Source: Haliotis cracherodii (lineage: Eukaryota). From it: DNA of 64,000 bases. The DNA lies in the NCBI RefSeq assembly GCF_022045235.1, contig NW_027266275.1:27280001-27344000 (forward strand), written 5' to 3'. The position numbers and the translations under genes were made by a program. The notes beneath the pieces are model-generated. The model had not been told where the DNA came from. It did no database searches and saw nothing but the letters and a program-made list of their open reading frames with translations. Shown piece by piece: positions 13,064-26,545 of the stretch. Position 1 is the stretch's first letter. Every line of letters begins with the position of its first letter.

Positions 13064-13543
13064 GATATATTCAATCGTTTTATGAAAACACTTTCTACAC
13101 AGTGTATGAACATTTCCACGTGAAATATTGTAGCTTTCATTTGATCATCACAATATATGTAAATTTGAATTTAATTTGTAAGTCTCCTTGAATTGTAGAA
13201 TTGTTCTGGCGATGATTATACTTACTGATCTATTACGTTTAGTGTTGTTTTGTTTTTTTAATTCGCCTATTTACGGCAACTTTAAATTACCTCATAAAAA
13301 TGTAAGTAAGTCTAGCGATCATGCGGTGGTACTGCTGAAGTGGGTCTACTGATCATGTAGTAAAACTGCTGAAGAGACATTACTGATAATATGGTGATAT
13401 TGCTCAGCAAGTTCACCAAACACCAGCTCTGCTAAATCTATACTATTGTAGTCACTGCTGTAGTCATTCTTCTGACCAGGTTCTCGAGGCTCTGTTGTAG
13501 TCATTCTACTGACCACGTCCTCGGACCATTCTAACCACAACAT

Positions 13544-13812
13544 TCTGGGTGGTCATCGTGTGTCTGTCTGTGTGTCTGCTACTGATGTTGTTCGTCCCCG
13601 GATGCTTCAGGGACGTCTGCTCAAACACTGAACTTAAGACCTGTCCAAGCAGACGACACAAACAGTATACAGAGGACAACCCGTTTGCAATCAATGACGC
13701 GGATTTTGTGTCAAAGAATTTCAAACAGATGTTATTTACGACACAACAGATTGGTATATTACGATATATGGCCGACTGTTACTATAGGCGTTCTGTCCCC
13801 GGGCAGTGTTGA
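13544..13812 (+). pseudogene. 5'-truncated duplicate of the 8655-8878 TM exon
   Basis: Begins mid-TM at the duplication junction, lacks the splice acceptor, has its stop codon changed (TGA>TCA), and carries helix-breaking substitutions (VLAC>VPGC). Confidence 0.6.
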
Positions 13813-14114
13813 TACGTGTTAAGGAGTTAGACGAGTTATTAAAATTATTTTTGAAATTTAAGCAGGAGGTTGGAAGTTTTCAAACGTCCCATGTGTTTAC
13901 AACCTCGCGTGGAGATGAAGGTGGCGCCTGCATCATATTGACGATGTTGAAACTTCTAATCTGGTACATGGTGAACGGAGGCTCAGAGAAACTCGGGTGG
14001 AATATCTCAAATCAGGGTGGGTGACACAGCTCTGACATGGCTGCAGATTTCAGAGACGAGCTGTGTGACTATTTTACAACTGATGGACAGGTCTCGTGTC
14101 TCAGTGGGATATAT

Positions 14115-15142
14115 AGAGGTTATCACGCGAGTGTGTTTGGGGATGGTAAATATCCTGCATTAGGAATAAACCTTGTATTTAGCGAGCCTTGGCGAGCTAT
14201 ATACATAGTGTTTATTCCTAAAACAGGATATCTACCATCCCCAGACACACAAGCGTGATAACCTCTTTATCATATAATGTCATTCTTTAAATCTGTGCTT
14301 TAAAATCGCTTTCCCTCTCTCACAAACATTACCGAAACATTGCGAGTTTTCCTGGAATGCGCGCATTATTATATATTACGTCACAGGGTAAGTGATGTGT
14401 CAGTCGGACAGTGACAGTAGCCAATATAGTTCCAACCGAAATCTGTTTCTTATACAGTGGTGGAGCAACATATACGCAAAACAACAATTGTTTTTAATTG
14501 CCTTACGCGGCAATCCATCGGTCTTTCCGCTAGAGTAACTGCCCTTTGTCAAAGGGAAGCTACTCTAACCATATTCTATGAGACGTCACGGCCACGGTCA
14601 GACGTTGTTGACAGTCGGTCTGTCCTGTCATAACGTTAAGAAGTGTAGTCAGATGTACACACAGCGACAAAACCAAACAAGGTAACAATTCAAACATATT
14701 TCGGCCAAATCCAACTATTTTAATTTGTGGAGAAGGTTTCAAGCCGCAGAGGTCTACAAGCACAGATTGGCTACTGATCCCGCTTGGCTAGGCCTCGTGC
14801 CCTCGCAAAACTGTTTCGAAATATATATCTCCAAAGTTGCCAAAAGTTATAAAATGCCTTAGCTACGTCACAGTTAGACACTGATTTTCAGTATATTAGA
14901 CTGTTCTTTTGATAATGATAGCAATTATCCCTGTAGTTTATCCAGATTCCCGATGGTTAATTCTGACTCGATCGCCGAATGACGAGGACGACGCCATGTT
15001 TGTTTATAAACAGTGAAAGTAGTCCTACTTGACCTTTGATGTTTGCATCTCCATCCGCATATGACCCCAACGGATATCGTTTTTATCCGTTGCAGACTAT
15101 TGGCTTTATCCTGCAGAGAAACCTACCCCTTATATGATAAAC
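14115..15142 (+). mobile_element. ~1-kb non-autonomous element with a 150-bp terminal hairpin (family H2)
   Basis: Absent at the paralogous site (~9335). Homologous over its full length to 49307-50222. Confidence 0.85.
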
Positions 15143-16647
15143 ATATATTTTGAGTATTACATACATGTACATGACAATCATTATCCACTTAGTCAGGTAG
15201 CTGGTCAATCCTGAGCAACTGGACTTGTTGACCGTGTGCAGATCTTTCATCTGAGACTGCTCAACTTTTAAGAGAACTGATCTGCTGATCTAGTCTGTCT
15301 CACAGTCCCTAAACCATCCTGTGTTCCCTTTCGCCGTGCCCTAGCTGCAATGCTACAGCTGTAAACGAAGCAGTCTAGATTTTTCACAGGTTCTGAATCT
15401 CCCATCCCATTGGGGTGCCTTTTCAATTTGAATGTAGTTGCTTGGCTCTATAAACGATATTTCTTGTGTCTGCTATATCATGCATTGTGTTTAATGATCA
15501 CATTAAAGTGTTGTATAAGTTACATACATGCTCTCAGATAGGATATTTTTTACATGTTTGTTCGTTGTTTGACTTTACTCAGCAATATTATTGCTATGTG
15601 ACTTCGGTCTGTAAATTATCGAGTCTGGACCAAACAATCCAGTGATTGACATCATGAACATCGATATACCCAATTGGGATACGATGACATGCATCAACAA
15701 AGTCAGCGAGCCTGAACACTTGATCCTGTTACATCCCACTTACTACAAGCATGGGTTGCTGAAGACCAACTCCAACACGGACCTTCACGGGCTTTCACAC
15801 ACACACACACACACTGACACACCCTCAAACACACACTCACTAACACACACACAATCACACACACACAATCACATAACATAACACTTGATATTTCACTGCA
15901 GTGAACATACACTGTTATACAAGAGCTACCTCCCCGTCAGTTGTCTCCCTTTATGGTATGTGGCCGGCCTGTTCACAAACTGTTGACTTCCTTTTTACGT
16001 TTGTTCCACATTGACAAGGCAAATAAATGACAGATGGTCATTTATGGCCTTAATGTTGCTTGTTTTTCTCTCGAAAATGTTTCTCTCGACCATGCGTGTT
16101 AGGTAGGGAGAATTTACGTTTCACGGTTTTACATTTGTAATAAATCCGATACACAACTACACAAAAGTATTTAATAAATAGCATATTCCATGTGTCTCGT
16201 GAAATATTATGTTTCTCTCATCGCCACTCGTGAAAATATCTCCTTTTCCGATCTTCACAATACACAACATACGTTTTAGTGTAACACAGTGCCCCAATAA
16301 ACAACGTGTGTGAGTGAGTTTGGTTTAACGCCGCTTAATGACCAGTATTCCAGTTATAATACGGCCTGTCGGTTTCATGCGGGTGGATACCCGGAGTAAT
16401 GCAGGTCTTAGACGTTTACCACTTGGGAGAAACTCACGAATACGGGTATAATGATGGCAAACCTAAAATCATGATCCGGAATTCGAACCCATAGGTTCGA
16501 TCATATGTTTCTATCAAGCCCAAGAACGCAACTCTGCACATCGAATTGCGGCGCCTAAGCGACAGTGCTCATCTCCCAACCAGTGACGTTTTTCCGGGCT
16601 TGACGGAAACAGCCGAACGTGAGATTGGATGGTGCTCACATTGTGAA

Positions 16648-16672
16648 TGACGTCACAGTAGTAATGACGTCA
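16648..16672 (+). promoter_or_regulatory. Two full CRE palindromes upstream of the coiled-coil gene, copy 2
   Basis: Identical to copy 1. Confidence 0.55.
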
Positions 16673-17512
16673 TAGAATGGTTCCATGACGACGTTCCTGA
16701 TCCCAAAGCCATCTGTTCACATCACACTGTCTTTGTGTTCAGACGTACTTGGTGTTTCGTGTCACGAAGATCAGAATTTGTTACTGTTGACGATTGTTTG
16801 ATTATTCATCCCATAACTTCCAACAACTGCTGATGAGGTAAGCAAATCTATTTAATTTATTCAAGTTGACTTAATGTTTTTCCGCTACGAAATAAGTGTC
16901 GTTACATAGAAATACTTTGACTTTAGAGCTCAGCTGCATTTGCTGCCAAATCGCGATAATGCCTACAAAAGTGTGCTGATATGAACTGGCAGTAAGCAAA
17001 GTACTTGTTCAAATTTCGAAAAGCTAAAAGACAAAATATTTATCAATCAACAGATGGCTTTGAAACAACGAAAGCTACTGTCTCCCATCCTCGAGACGGA
17101 AGAGAGAGAGTCTTGTCCGCCAAGTCCAGGATCAACCAAACTACACCATGATTTACTCGGTAGGTCATCAACTGTTGGATTAGAAGTATTTTGATATCAT
17201 GTGTGCCAATGGAATAGCGAAACATAATTTAGATTAGCTGGCATTCTAGATGTTGGTGAATGAATAAGAAAACATGCAACTTTAAGGTTAACAGTTTCAG
17301 GTTGTAAGTTTTCGAATAACTTAGACTGTTTTGTGTAAGAGTCACCTAAATTGGATTGAAAGTATTGTAGGTAGCGGATGTAGTATGTTTATCAATACAT
17401 GGACATTCAGGAGGGACTTGCTGTTGCGTACACTCCACTTCGTAACGTGCAGATGTGGAACTTGTTTCCCGAGGTTGTACACAATTCACGTCTTTGTTTT
17501 TCAGGTCAATAC

Positions 17513-18428
17513 ATGGATCTAAAATCACAAGTTGGAGACACGGAGGAGAGGTAAGCAGAATCATGTGTAGCCATCTCTTAGTTCACCAGTAGCCTGATTT
17601 ATAAATAAGTCATAAATGCATATTATGAAGATCGAGAGATTAAACTGGGCCGCGTTATGACACAGCAAGCAGAATCATGAATTTTTATTGCTCTGCACAA
17701 AAATAAACAAATTTAACCATCTGACAGGTATTTTGAGAATATGTCACGGTATTTTCTCTATAATCAGTATATTCTAATGCAATCTTTTTCTCTTCCTCAG
17801 CCTCCTAGATCAACTTTTCAAAGAAAATCAGAGGCTGCGCCAAATGAATGAGCGACAGAGCTGCGAGCTCCGACATGAACGTGAGCTAAGACTGAAGGCT
17901 CAAGAAGAAAGACGCGAGTTCCGTGTAGAATATCTCAACTACAAGCTCAGTTTAACAATGGAGCATGCGGAGCTGCAGGAAGTGAGGAAGACGATGGAGG
18001 AGCTCGCCAGCAGCTGGGAGAAGGAGAAGCAGGCGGAGGTGGAGCAGAGGAAGAAGTTGGAGGAAGAGCTTAGGAACCTCAGATCTTCCCTCCAGCTTGC
18101 AACCCTCCATCCAAAGGCTCTGCCTCTGACCTGTCAAACTCCAGGCAAGATTCAGGCCAGTTTCCCGACAATAGCTCCTCCAGCCCACCCAAAGAAGGCA
18201 CACAGACCGTATACTGGATATACAAAAAGCAAAGTTCCATGCACGGTCCAGCCTGCACAAAACAGGGACACACCCTCTTCTTGTGGGGACAGCAAGCTGA
18301 AGACCACAGCTGGACGCAAGGGCAATGTCACTCCTGGCATAGAACTCACGTCGAAGGACACCCAGAGAGGCCAAAGTGTTCCTAAACGGTCACTAAGATT
18401 CTCAAGAAGAGTTCGTCAATTGCATTAA
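17513..18428 (+). CDS. Uncharacterised coiled-coil protein, 221 aa (duplicate copy 2)
   Basis: Same structure as copy 1: exon 17505-17550 (ATG at 17513) and exon 17801-18428. The ORF is intact, with about 8 amino-acid differences from copy 1. Confidence 0.75.
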
Positions 18429-18739
18429 GATATATTCAATCGTTTTATGAAAACACTTTCTACACAGTGTATGAACATTTCCACGTGAAATATTGTAGCT
18501 TTCATTTGATCATCACAATATATGTAAGTTTTGAATTAATTTGTAAGCCTCTATGAATTGTAGAATTGATCTTGCGATGATTATACTTACTGATCTTTTA
18601 CGTTTAGTGTTGTTTGTTTTGTTTTAATTCGCCCATTTACGGCAACTTTAAATTACCTCATAAAAATCAGTTTGTAAGTCTAGCGATCATGCGGTGGTAC
18701 TGCTGAAGTGGGTCTACTGATCATGTAGTAATACTGCTG

Positions 18740-18992
18740 TTTGGTTTGGTTTGTTGTTTTACGCCGCTCTCAGCAATATTCCAGTGGCCTGTAAATAATC
18801 GAGTCTGGACCAGACAATCCAGTGATCGATATCACAACATCGATCCACGCAATTGGGATCGATGACATGCTTCAACCAAGTCAGCGATCCTGACCACCAG
18901 ATCCCGTGAGTCGCCTCTTACGACAAGCATAGTCGCCTATTACGGCAAGCATGGGTTGCTGAGGACCTATTCTACCCCGGATGTTCACGGGT
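18740..18992 (-). mobile_element. SINE S1 inserted after the duplication, 14-bp TSD
   Basis: TSD TAGTAA[TA]ACTGCTG at 18726-18739 and 18993-19006. Empty site at 13357-13370. Confidence 0.9.
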
Positions 18993-19094
18993 TAGTAAAA
19001 CTGCTGAAGAGACTTTACTGATGATATAGTGATATTTCCAGCAAGTTCACCAACCACCAGCTCTGCTAAATCTATGCTGTTGTAGTCCCTGCTG

Positions 19095-19565
19095 TAGTCA
19101 TTCTTCTGACCAGGTCCTCGGGGCTCTGTCATAGTCATTCTTCTGACCAGGTCCTCGGGGCTCTGTCATAGTCATTCTACTGACCAGGTCCTCGGGGCTC
19201 TGTCGTAGTCATTCTACTGACCAGGTCCTCGGGGCTCTGTCATAGTCATTCTACTGACCAGGTCCTCGGGGCTCTGTCATAGTCATTCTTCTGACCAGGT
19301 CCTCGGGGCTCTGTCATAGTCATTCTACTGACCAGGTCCTCGGGGCTCTGTCATAGTCATTCTTCTGACCAGGTCCTCGGGGCTCTGTCATAGTCATTCT
19401 ACTGACCAGGTTCTCGGGGCTCTGTCATAGTCATTCTACTGACCAGGTCCTCGGGGCTCTGTCATAGTCATTCTACTGACCAGGTTCTCGGGGCTCTGTC
19501 ATAGTCATTCTACTGACCAGGTCCTCGGGGCTCTGTCATAGTCATTCTACTGACCAGGTTCTCGG
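19095..19565. repeat. 37-bp minisatellite (TAGTCATTCTACTGACCAGGTCCTCGGGGCTCTGTCA), ~12.5 units
   Basis: Tandem array. The paralogous site (13461-13524) has only about 1.7 units. Confidence 0.95.
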
Positions 19566-20574
19566 ACCATTCTAACCCCGGATCTTTCCTGGTCGCAATA
19601 TAAGTACACGCATTATTAACGAAATGTGATTTTTCCCCCGTTTAACAAAGCTAATGACAAAACAAGGGAAACAAGTCACACAATTATGATGTCTTGTTTA
19701 GTGTTAGCAACGATGGAGGGCTTGTTAAGGGCTTGTTACATCTTCGCGCACGGGGGTATCGTATCGCATTAAAAGAACTGATTTCAGTGAAACTGAATTT
19801 TTGTAGTGTGATATGCCCTCCTTCTTGAAGCGTTCGTAAATATCATCAGTCTGCAAGTTTTAGAAATTGTAGTTGCATTCCTATCGAAAAAATAACATAA
19901 GTGAAACTTTGTTTAGGTGTATAGACACGCCTATGCGACGCTGTAAGGAAACACAACGCACTCATAACGCAGTTATTAAGCCACACATGTATGTTGTTGA
20001 ATGAATCGCCGTAAATGAAATAAACGACTACAAGTATATGTAGCACGTGTCTGCATTTTATGTGAATAACGTGCACCTCATCCCCACAGTGTGTCCACGT
20101 CCATCTCTTCGGGGAGGTGCGGCGAGGAGCGCAGAGATCACTGCCCGTCCCGGACAAGAACTCTCCATGTTATTGTCTTCTAGAGAATCAACTCTTTTAT
20201 TCAATCTCCAGGACTTACTTTCGACGGTCTTGTGCTACAGAGATCTGTACTCTGTATCTCACGCAGATTTGGTCAAATATCAACCAAGTTCATAAATACA
20301 AATTGCTATATAGTGTCACTGTTCATTCTTAAAATCAGCGTGGAAAACAAAAGTCAAAACAATTCCCAGATTTTATTACAAATGGAATGTTTTCTGCCAA
20401 CAAAGCAGCCAATGTCAGGTATAATCATCAATATAACAATATTTCATTTAAAACATTTGAAAATAGTTTTGTTTCACAATATTTATTGCTATAAGGCCAC
20501 AACAATGTATTCACCGGAGTCCTCGCCTCATATATAAGTTGCTTGTTTTGGGGTTGTGTTCTTAGTTGCTGTCT

Positions 20575-21550
20575 TTGCAATAGTCGAATGGTTATCTTGG
20601 CCCTAGTTAAATGGTCATCTTTGGAATAGTGAAAGGGTTATTTTTGGAAAAGCCAAACAGTTATCATTAGAATAGTCAAATGGTCATCTTTGGAATAGTC
20701 AAAGGGTTATCTTTGGAAAAGCCTAATAGTTACCGTTAGAATAGTCAAATGGTCATCTTTGGAATAGTCAAAGGGTTATCTTTGGAATAGTTAAAGGGTT
20801 ATCTTTGGAAAAGTCAAAGGGTTACCGTTATAATAGTCAAATGGTCATCTTTGGAATAGTCAAAGGGTTATCTTTGGAAAAGCCAAATAGTTAGCATTAG
20901 AATAGTCAAATGGTCATCTTTGAAATATCTAAAGGGTTATCTTTGGAATAGTCAAAGGGGTATCTTTGAAAAAGCCAAATAGCAGTAGAATGGTCATCTT
21001 TGAAATAGTCAAAGGGTTATCTTTGGAATAGTCAAAGGGTTATCTTTGGAAAAGTCAAAGGGTTACCGTTATAATAGTCAAATGGTCATCTTTGGAATAG
21101 TCAAAGGGTTATCTTTGGAAAAGCCAAATTGTTAGCATTAGAATAGTCAAATGGTCATCTTTGAAATAGTCAAAGGGTTATCTTTGGAATAGTCAAAGGG
21201 GTATCTTTGAAAAAGCCTAATAGTAATCATTAGAATAGTCAAATGGTCATCTTTGGAATAGTCAAAGGGTTATCTTTTGAAAAGCCAAATAGCAGTAGAA
21301 TAGTCAAATGGTCATCTTTGAAATAGTCAAAGGGTTATCTTTGGAAAAGCCTAACAGTTACGGTTAGAATAGTCAAATGGTCATCTTTGAAATAGTCAAA
21401 GGGTTATTTTTGGAAAAGTCAAATAGTTACCGATAGAATAGTCAAATGGTCATCTTTGAAATAGCCAAAGGGTCATCTTTGAAAGAGCCAAAGGGTCATC
21501 TTGGAATAGTCAAAGGGTTATCTTTGGAATAGTTATCGTTGGAATAGTCA
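20575..21550. repeat. 23-bp satellite with higher-order structure (TTTGGAATAGTCAAAGGGTTATC and variants)
   Basis: Three recurring monomer variants cycle in 69-bp or 92-bp blocks. Confidence 0.9.
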
Positions 21551-23754
21551 ACCAGAAAGAAACTTGAGGAACTCGAATGTTTCGTCAGTCCATGTGGGAA
21601 AGTAAGAGACTTTGTTGTGGCCTCACTCACATTCCTTACATTAAGTTTCGGTTAAATAACAGTAAATATAAGTAGAAATTACCCTGGCGGAAGTTGTTGT
21701 ATTGTTGAAACCATTGTTTATTGCTGCATTGTTTACATATCCCGTGACTATTGCTGCATTGTAAATATGTAGATACATGTATTCTGTCTCTCAAATTGTT
21801 TCAACACACCATACGACCAGTGAATCAAACTGAATCAACTACAGATGGTTTTATCACCATGTCTGTTATCGTAATTGTTGTTATTCATTTTCAATGGGGG
21901 CAGTTACTCACACATGGATATGGCAATTTCGTATGAGACGAACACACTTAAAACTAAAGCATACTGATTCGCTGTGTTCGCGATTTATCTGAGAACCGAA
22001 TAGAATTATGGCATCGTATATATTGCTGGAGCCCAGAAAGATGGTGGCTATATTCCAAATCAGTGTAATTTATTAACTTTCAAAAACTATACAAAACGGG
22101 ATGAGAAAGAAATGTTTAGTTAATCAACAATGAACGAAAACTTTGAATGGGTTGCAGTCTCACTCAGGAATTCATGAAGAAATGGTTGGAATGTGCACGT
22201 GTGAGATGCTACCTCATTGGCCGGGTAGAGGATGACGTAGCGAACCAAGCACCAATGAGAGCAGCTTAAGATGCACCACGTGGCACTAGTGATAAATCAA
22301 CGTCTGGTTTTGATGGTTTGTTGAAACAGTTTGGTCTATAACTTAAATACTGAGTCACCGTATAAACGCACCACCACTCCACTTGTTTACATACAGCATG
22401 TCTGGGTACAAACAGTCCTATCATGTTAAGTAGAAACCGAATAATTAGAAACAACAAATAAGTAGAAATGTTTGTTGGTCAGGACTGCTTCCGTTGAAAT
22501 CGGATAACTAGAATCCCGTAAGTACAAAACACCCCGTTAGCAAAACGTTTCCGTGGCCGCAAATAATTTTATATGGAGAATTAATTACAAAACTTGAAAA
22601 GGCTTTTTTATGTTACAATTCCGGTGGTGTCAACTCCTAGCAACTGAGCAACTATTAAAACATTTTGATGCAAGACAATGATTGGTATTTGCTGTCTTTA
22701 CCAATCTTTGCTTACAGTGCAAACACCTCACTAAGAAAAGACCCTCTGTAAATGGTGTTAACCACAGAAGTAAGTGATATACAATTTTGATGCCTTGTTA
22801 GATAAGTAGACACCTTAGTGCCTGATGATAGTAGATAGTAGACAGTCTATTGCCACTTAACGAGAGTCGGCTGTAGTGACGTTCGGTCTGAATTAACTTC
22901 AGTTAAGTGAGTGAGTATGGTTGTACGCCGCTTTTAGCAATATTCCAGCAATATTACAGCGGGGGACACCAGAAATGGGCTTCACACATTGTACCCATGT
23001 CGGGAATCGAACCCGGGTCTTCGGCGTGACCGCCCCCAGTTAAGTGAAAGGAAAGTGGGATCTGTTCGAGTGTCAGTGTTCTCACGTGTGTACCAGAGTT
23101 CATTATGCCCAAATATGCAAAACATGTTTAACGTGGATAACATGAGACCACATAAAACCGGACAACACTGAAAGTAAACAAATACTTGGACCTGAATCAA
23201 ATTTAAAAAAATATTAGAAATATTTGGATAAAGAGATGTTGTACATTTGTCAATTTATCTACAGCCATAAGGACGGTGCATCGCGTTAGTTTACAAAATC
23301 TAAAACTAAAATAGATAATTTTGGTTGAAAGTTATCAACATCCTGTTAAAATGTGCACTTTACTCCGTGACAATTTGTACATGACTACCACTCAAAATAT
23401 GAATATGACAATAATTAATATCATTACGTAACTTGGTGGTGCGTTTTTAAAGTGTCTCAATACACGTGCACAGTCAAAGGTACGTAGCTCACCTGACTCG
23501 GCTGTCTCACAGCATACATCTTTTTCAAAGACATAAAATGTAATGGATCTATGACGTAATAAGCCGCCAACAAAGCTGATTAACAGATGGCCCACCATAG
23601 TGGACGGCTTGACACGTAACACCGGAAGCAGCCCCACCGGAAGTAACCCCACCACCGCCTCATCATAGGGACCCCAAACACATCACCATACCCCTAGCCT
23701 ACTCAATGAGTGACTGAATGTTGTAAAACGCCAATGTCAGTAATATTCCAGCTA

Positions 23755-24125
23755 CCGTATTCGACGTAATAAGCGCCCCGCTCTAATAAGCGCCCACGGC
23801 GTTATTTGCTAATATATTGGCAAGTGAACAATCCCAGTTAGCACCCCTTCCGATTGATCAATGAACACAAGACTTATTTATTCGTGTGTAATACGCACTC
23901 GTTTGTTATATGCACCCTTAATTATGGGCAATTAAATTCTCGAAAATATATCTATCTTGTAAAATACACACAAATTCTTCTTTTATATCATTTCAGGCTG
24001 ACCACAAAATTTACAATCTTTCAACCTCGTTTTTAATCTCACCAAAATTATATTCTAATAAGAGCCCCCTATTTCTAGGGAGCGCCCTTTGAGAGCGCCC
24101 TGTGCGCTTATTACGTCGAATACGG
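23755..24125. mobile_element. Tc1/mariner-pogo-type MITE nested in a SINE tail
   Basis: TA|CCGTATTCGACGTAATAAGCG...CGCTTATTACGTCGAATACGG|TA, interrupting AATATTCCAGC^TATATCACGGCGG. Confidence 0.85.
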
Positions 24126-24434
24126 TATATCACGGCGGCATGCTAATAGTCGAGTAGGAGCTTGACATAAAATTGGTTCATATACTTCTCAAAAGAAGTA
24201 AAAGACCACCCGATTCTTTCATATGACAGATTAACTGTAGTAATGTGAAAGGATCGATCGGTCCTTAACTTCTTTCGAGTAGCATAATAAGATAAAACTT
24301 CCACATTGGGTACGATGACACGATACAGTTTAGTCGTCTTAACGACAACCGGGTCCGTACGGAGCGGTTTACACAATGAGAAGGTTCTATGCACTTTCGA
24401 TCTTGTTTGGAATACACCTGCAGGTTGTAATGGT

Positions 24435-24753
24435 GAGGTGAGGTGATTATTGCACTTATATAGCGACGTGCATGCACGTGTGTGTGGCTGCTTGTACTGC
24501 TCCGGATTGATGCCGATTTATAGTGGTAGCTCACTGAGATACCATGCTGCAGTTTAACATGAATACCCCACTCAGACACAGTATACTGACTCCGAGCCGA
24601 CCAGTCCTTGTTTTAGACCGTTAATGTCGAGCGCAGACAGGGTAACAACAAGTACCATCTTTTAACGTCTTTTGGCATGATGCGGCTGGGGATTGAACCC
24701 CGGACCTTCCCTTCTCCGGGCGGACTGTCTACCACTAGACCACGGAGGTGGTC
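24435..24753 (-). mobile_element. tRNA-headed SINE family S3 (core resembles Meta-domain SINEs)
   Basis: tRNA-like head (GGTCTAGTGG...GGTTCAATCC) and core GATGGTACTTG...GGACTGGTCGGCTCGG...GTGAGCTACCACTATAAA. Other copies: 1240-1590(+), 5505-5820(-), 54579-54730(-). Confidence 0.75.
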
Positions 24754-25907
24754 AGCAGGTTGAAATGTGTGACACATACAATGGTCTAATACTAGCTTGA
24801 CCAATTATATAATTAAACCTTAAATACAATTTGAGACATTTTGAGACAGACTAACCGCAAACGTTCAAGTGAACAGTCATCTCGTGAGCTTCACCTTTGA
24901 ACATGTGCCAAGATCAACATACTCTCATGATAATAATCCGTTGTGTCAATGAGTAAAATCACCTACAGTGGCGGTCAAAAAACAATGTATGATTGGCCCT
25001 ATGTTGGCCCACATGGTGTATAAAATTTAAATAAGGATTTACTGTACCCGTAAGAGAACTAGATGTGTTTGCAAGTTCATTAGCAGCCCCTTTCACGGCC
25101 ATTTCCCCAAAGCTCCCAGCAACTTAACATACCATGTCCTTCCAGTCCGAAAACACTACTTCTAGGCCTTGACCTTAATGAAGGCAACTTCTTCAGATGT
25201 ACCAAGTACCACGTCTCAGGATCATACCAGTTCCAGCGCAACAGAAATTGGCTATGAATGACAATTACGAACCTGAATACTGACCTTGTCCTTGACGTTT
25301 TTTTACCAAAAGAAGGTATGCACCAAGTTTCATGATAATGCAAGAATACTCTTTGAGAAAGTGTAACCACAAACATTTTAATGGTTTATTTCTATCTTGT
25401 GACCTTGGCCTTTGACCTTTTTATAGCAAGTGTGTTGATCAATACGTGTGACCTTTCATATCTGATATGTACACAGAAAAATCATTCGATTTTGACGTTA
25501 CTACGTTGCTAAAATAATATTTCATCTAATTCTTCTGTGTCTGTTGGGTTGGACGCTAGACCCATCCTCAGTCACCTTCACACCAGAAACTAGATGCGCC
25601 ATTTTGTTCGGCAGAACACAACATGGAAGGACACAACCAATATCGGCGCACGATGCCAGCCTTGGAGACAAACAATAGATCTATACCAGGCGAGTCGACT
25701 GTACCCGACTGAATTCTCATTATCACAACCACCGATGCACTATATATATAAATAAACCTTCTTATGATTTAATCTATGAATAGAAAATAGCTTTTAAGAG
25801 ATTCCTATGTGCATGTCCACTTAATAAGTTTATGGTTGCTTAACTAATGACCATGTATTTAAGCAGCTGTAAAGAACAATCTTGATGCAATGGATGACAT
25901 TTGAATG

Positions 25908-26069
25908 TGAGTGAGTATGGTTTGACGCCGCTTTTAGCAATATTCCAGCAATATCACGGCGGTGGACACCAGAAATGGGCTTCACACTTTGTACCCATGT
26001 CAAGAATCGAACCCGGGTCTACGGCGTGACGAGCGAATGCTTTAACCATTAGGCTATCCGACCGCCTCC
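25908..26069 (-). mobile_element. tRNA-derived SINE S2, full length
   Basis: A and B boxes are intact; TSD TTTGAATGTGA. Confidence 0.85.
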
Positions 26070-26545
26070 TTTGAATGTGATAAAACGCTAAAGGGATGAA
26101 GGTATTGCCCCAATTACCAGCGTAATCGTTAAACGTTGACAGACATGTTGTAAGATGGATGGATGGAGGATGGAGGCCACAGTCACCCGGCCCGGTGGGC
26201 TAGGCGGTACATTATGTGTAGACAGAGAGACAAAATACATGTACCGTTATCAAGAAACATGGTCCATTTGTTCGTATAAATAATAAAACATGATATTAAT
26301 ATGTGTGATAAATAGTATATATGGACTATGGACCTATGCATCCATCTAAAACAGTTTGTTTAACACGTCAAACATCAAGATTAGGCCACATTAAATTAAT
26401 CTTGTTTCTCATACATTTTGTATTAGTTACTTTATATATCTTTAAACTCCATCTGCTGTGCCACAACCGGCACTGCGAAATGGTAATATGCACTTCTTCA
26501 AACAAAGGAATCAAAAACGAAATATGCATATGTAACTATAGTGCC

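Larger units (their letters stand above)
8709..19577 (+). repeat. Tandem segmental duplication: copy 1 8709-13536, copy 2 13544-19577
   Basis: The two copies are colinear from TCTGGGTGGTCATCGTG to GGACCATTCTAACC. Copy 2 has an extra ~1-kb element, an extra SINE and an expanded minisatellite. Confidence 0.95.

Noticed and set aside
19095-19565. CRISPR-like 37-bp periodicity
   Set aside because: The units are contiguous with no unique spacers, there are no cas genes, and the context is eukaryotic.
20089-20260. GC-richer exon-like segment with scattered Cys (EGF-like remnant?)
   Set aside because: It needs several frameshifts to resemble any domain, so it cannot be supported.
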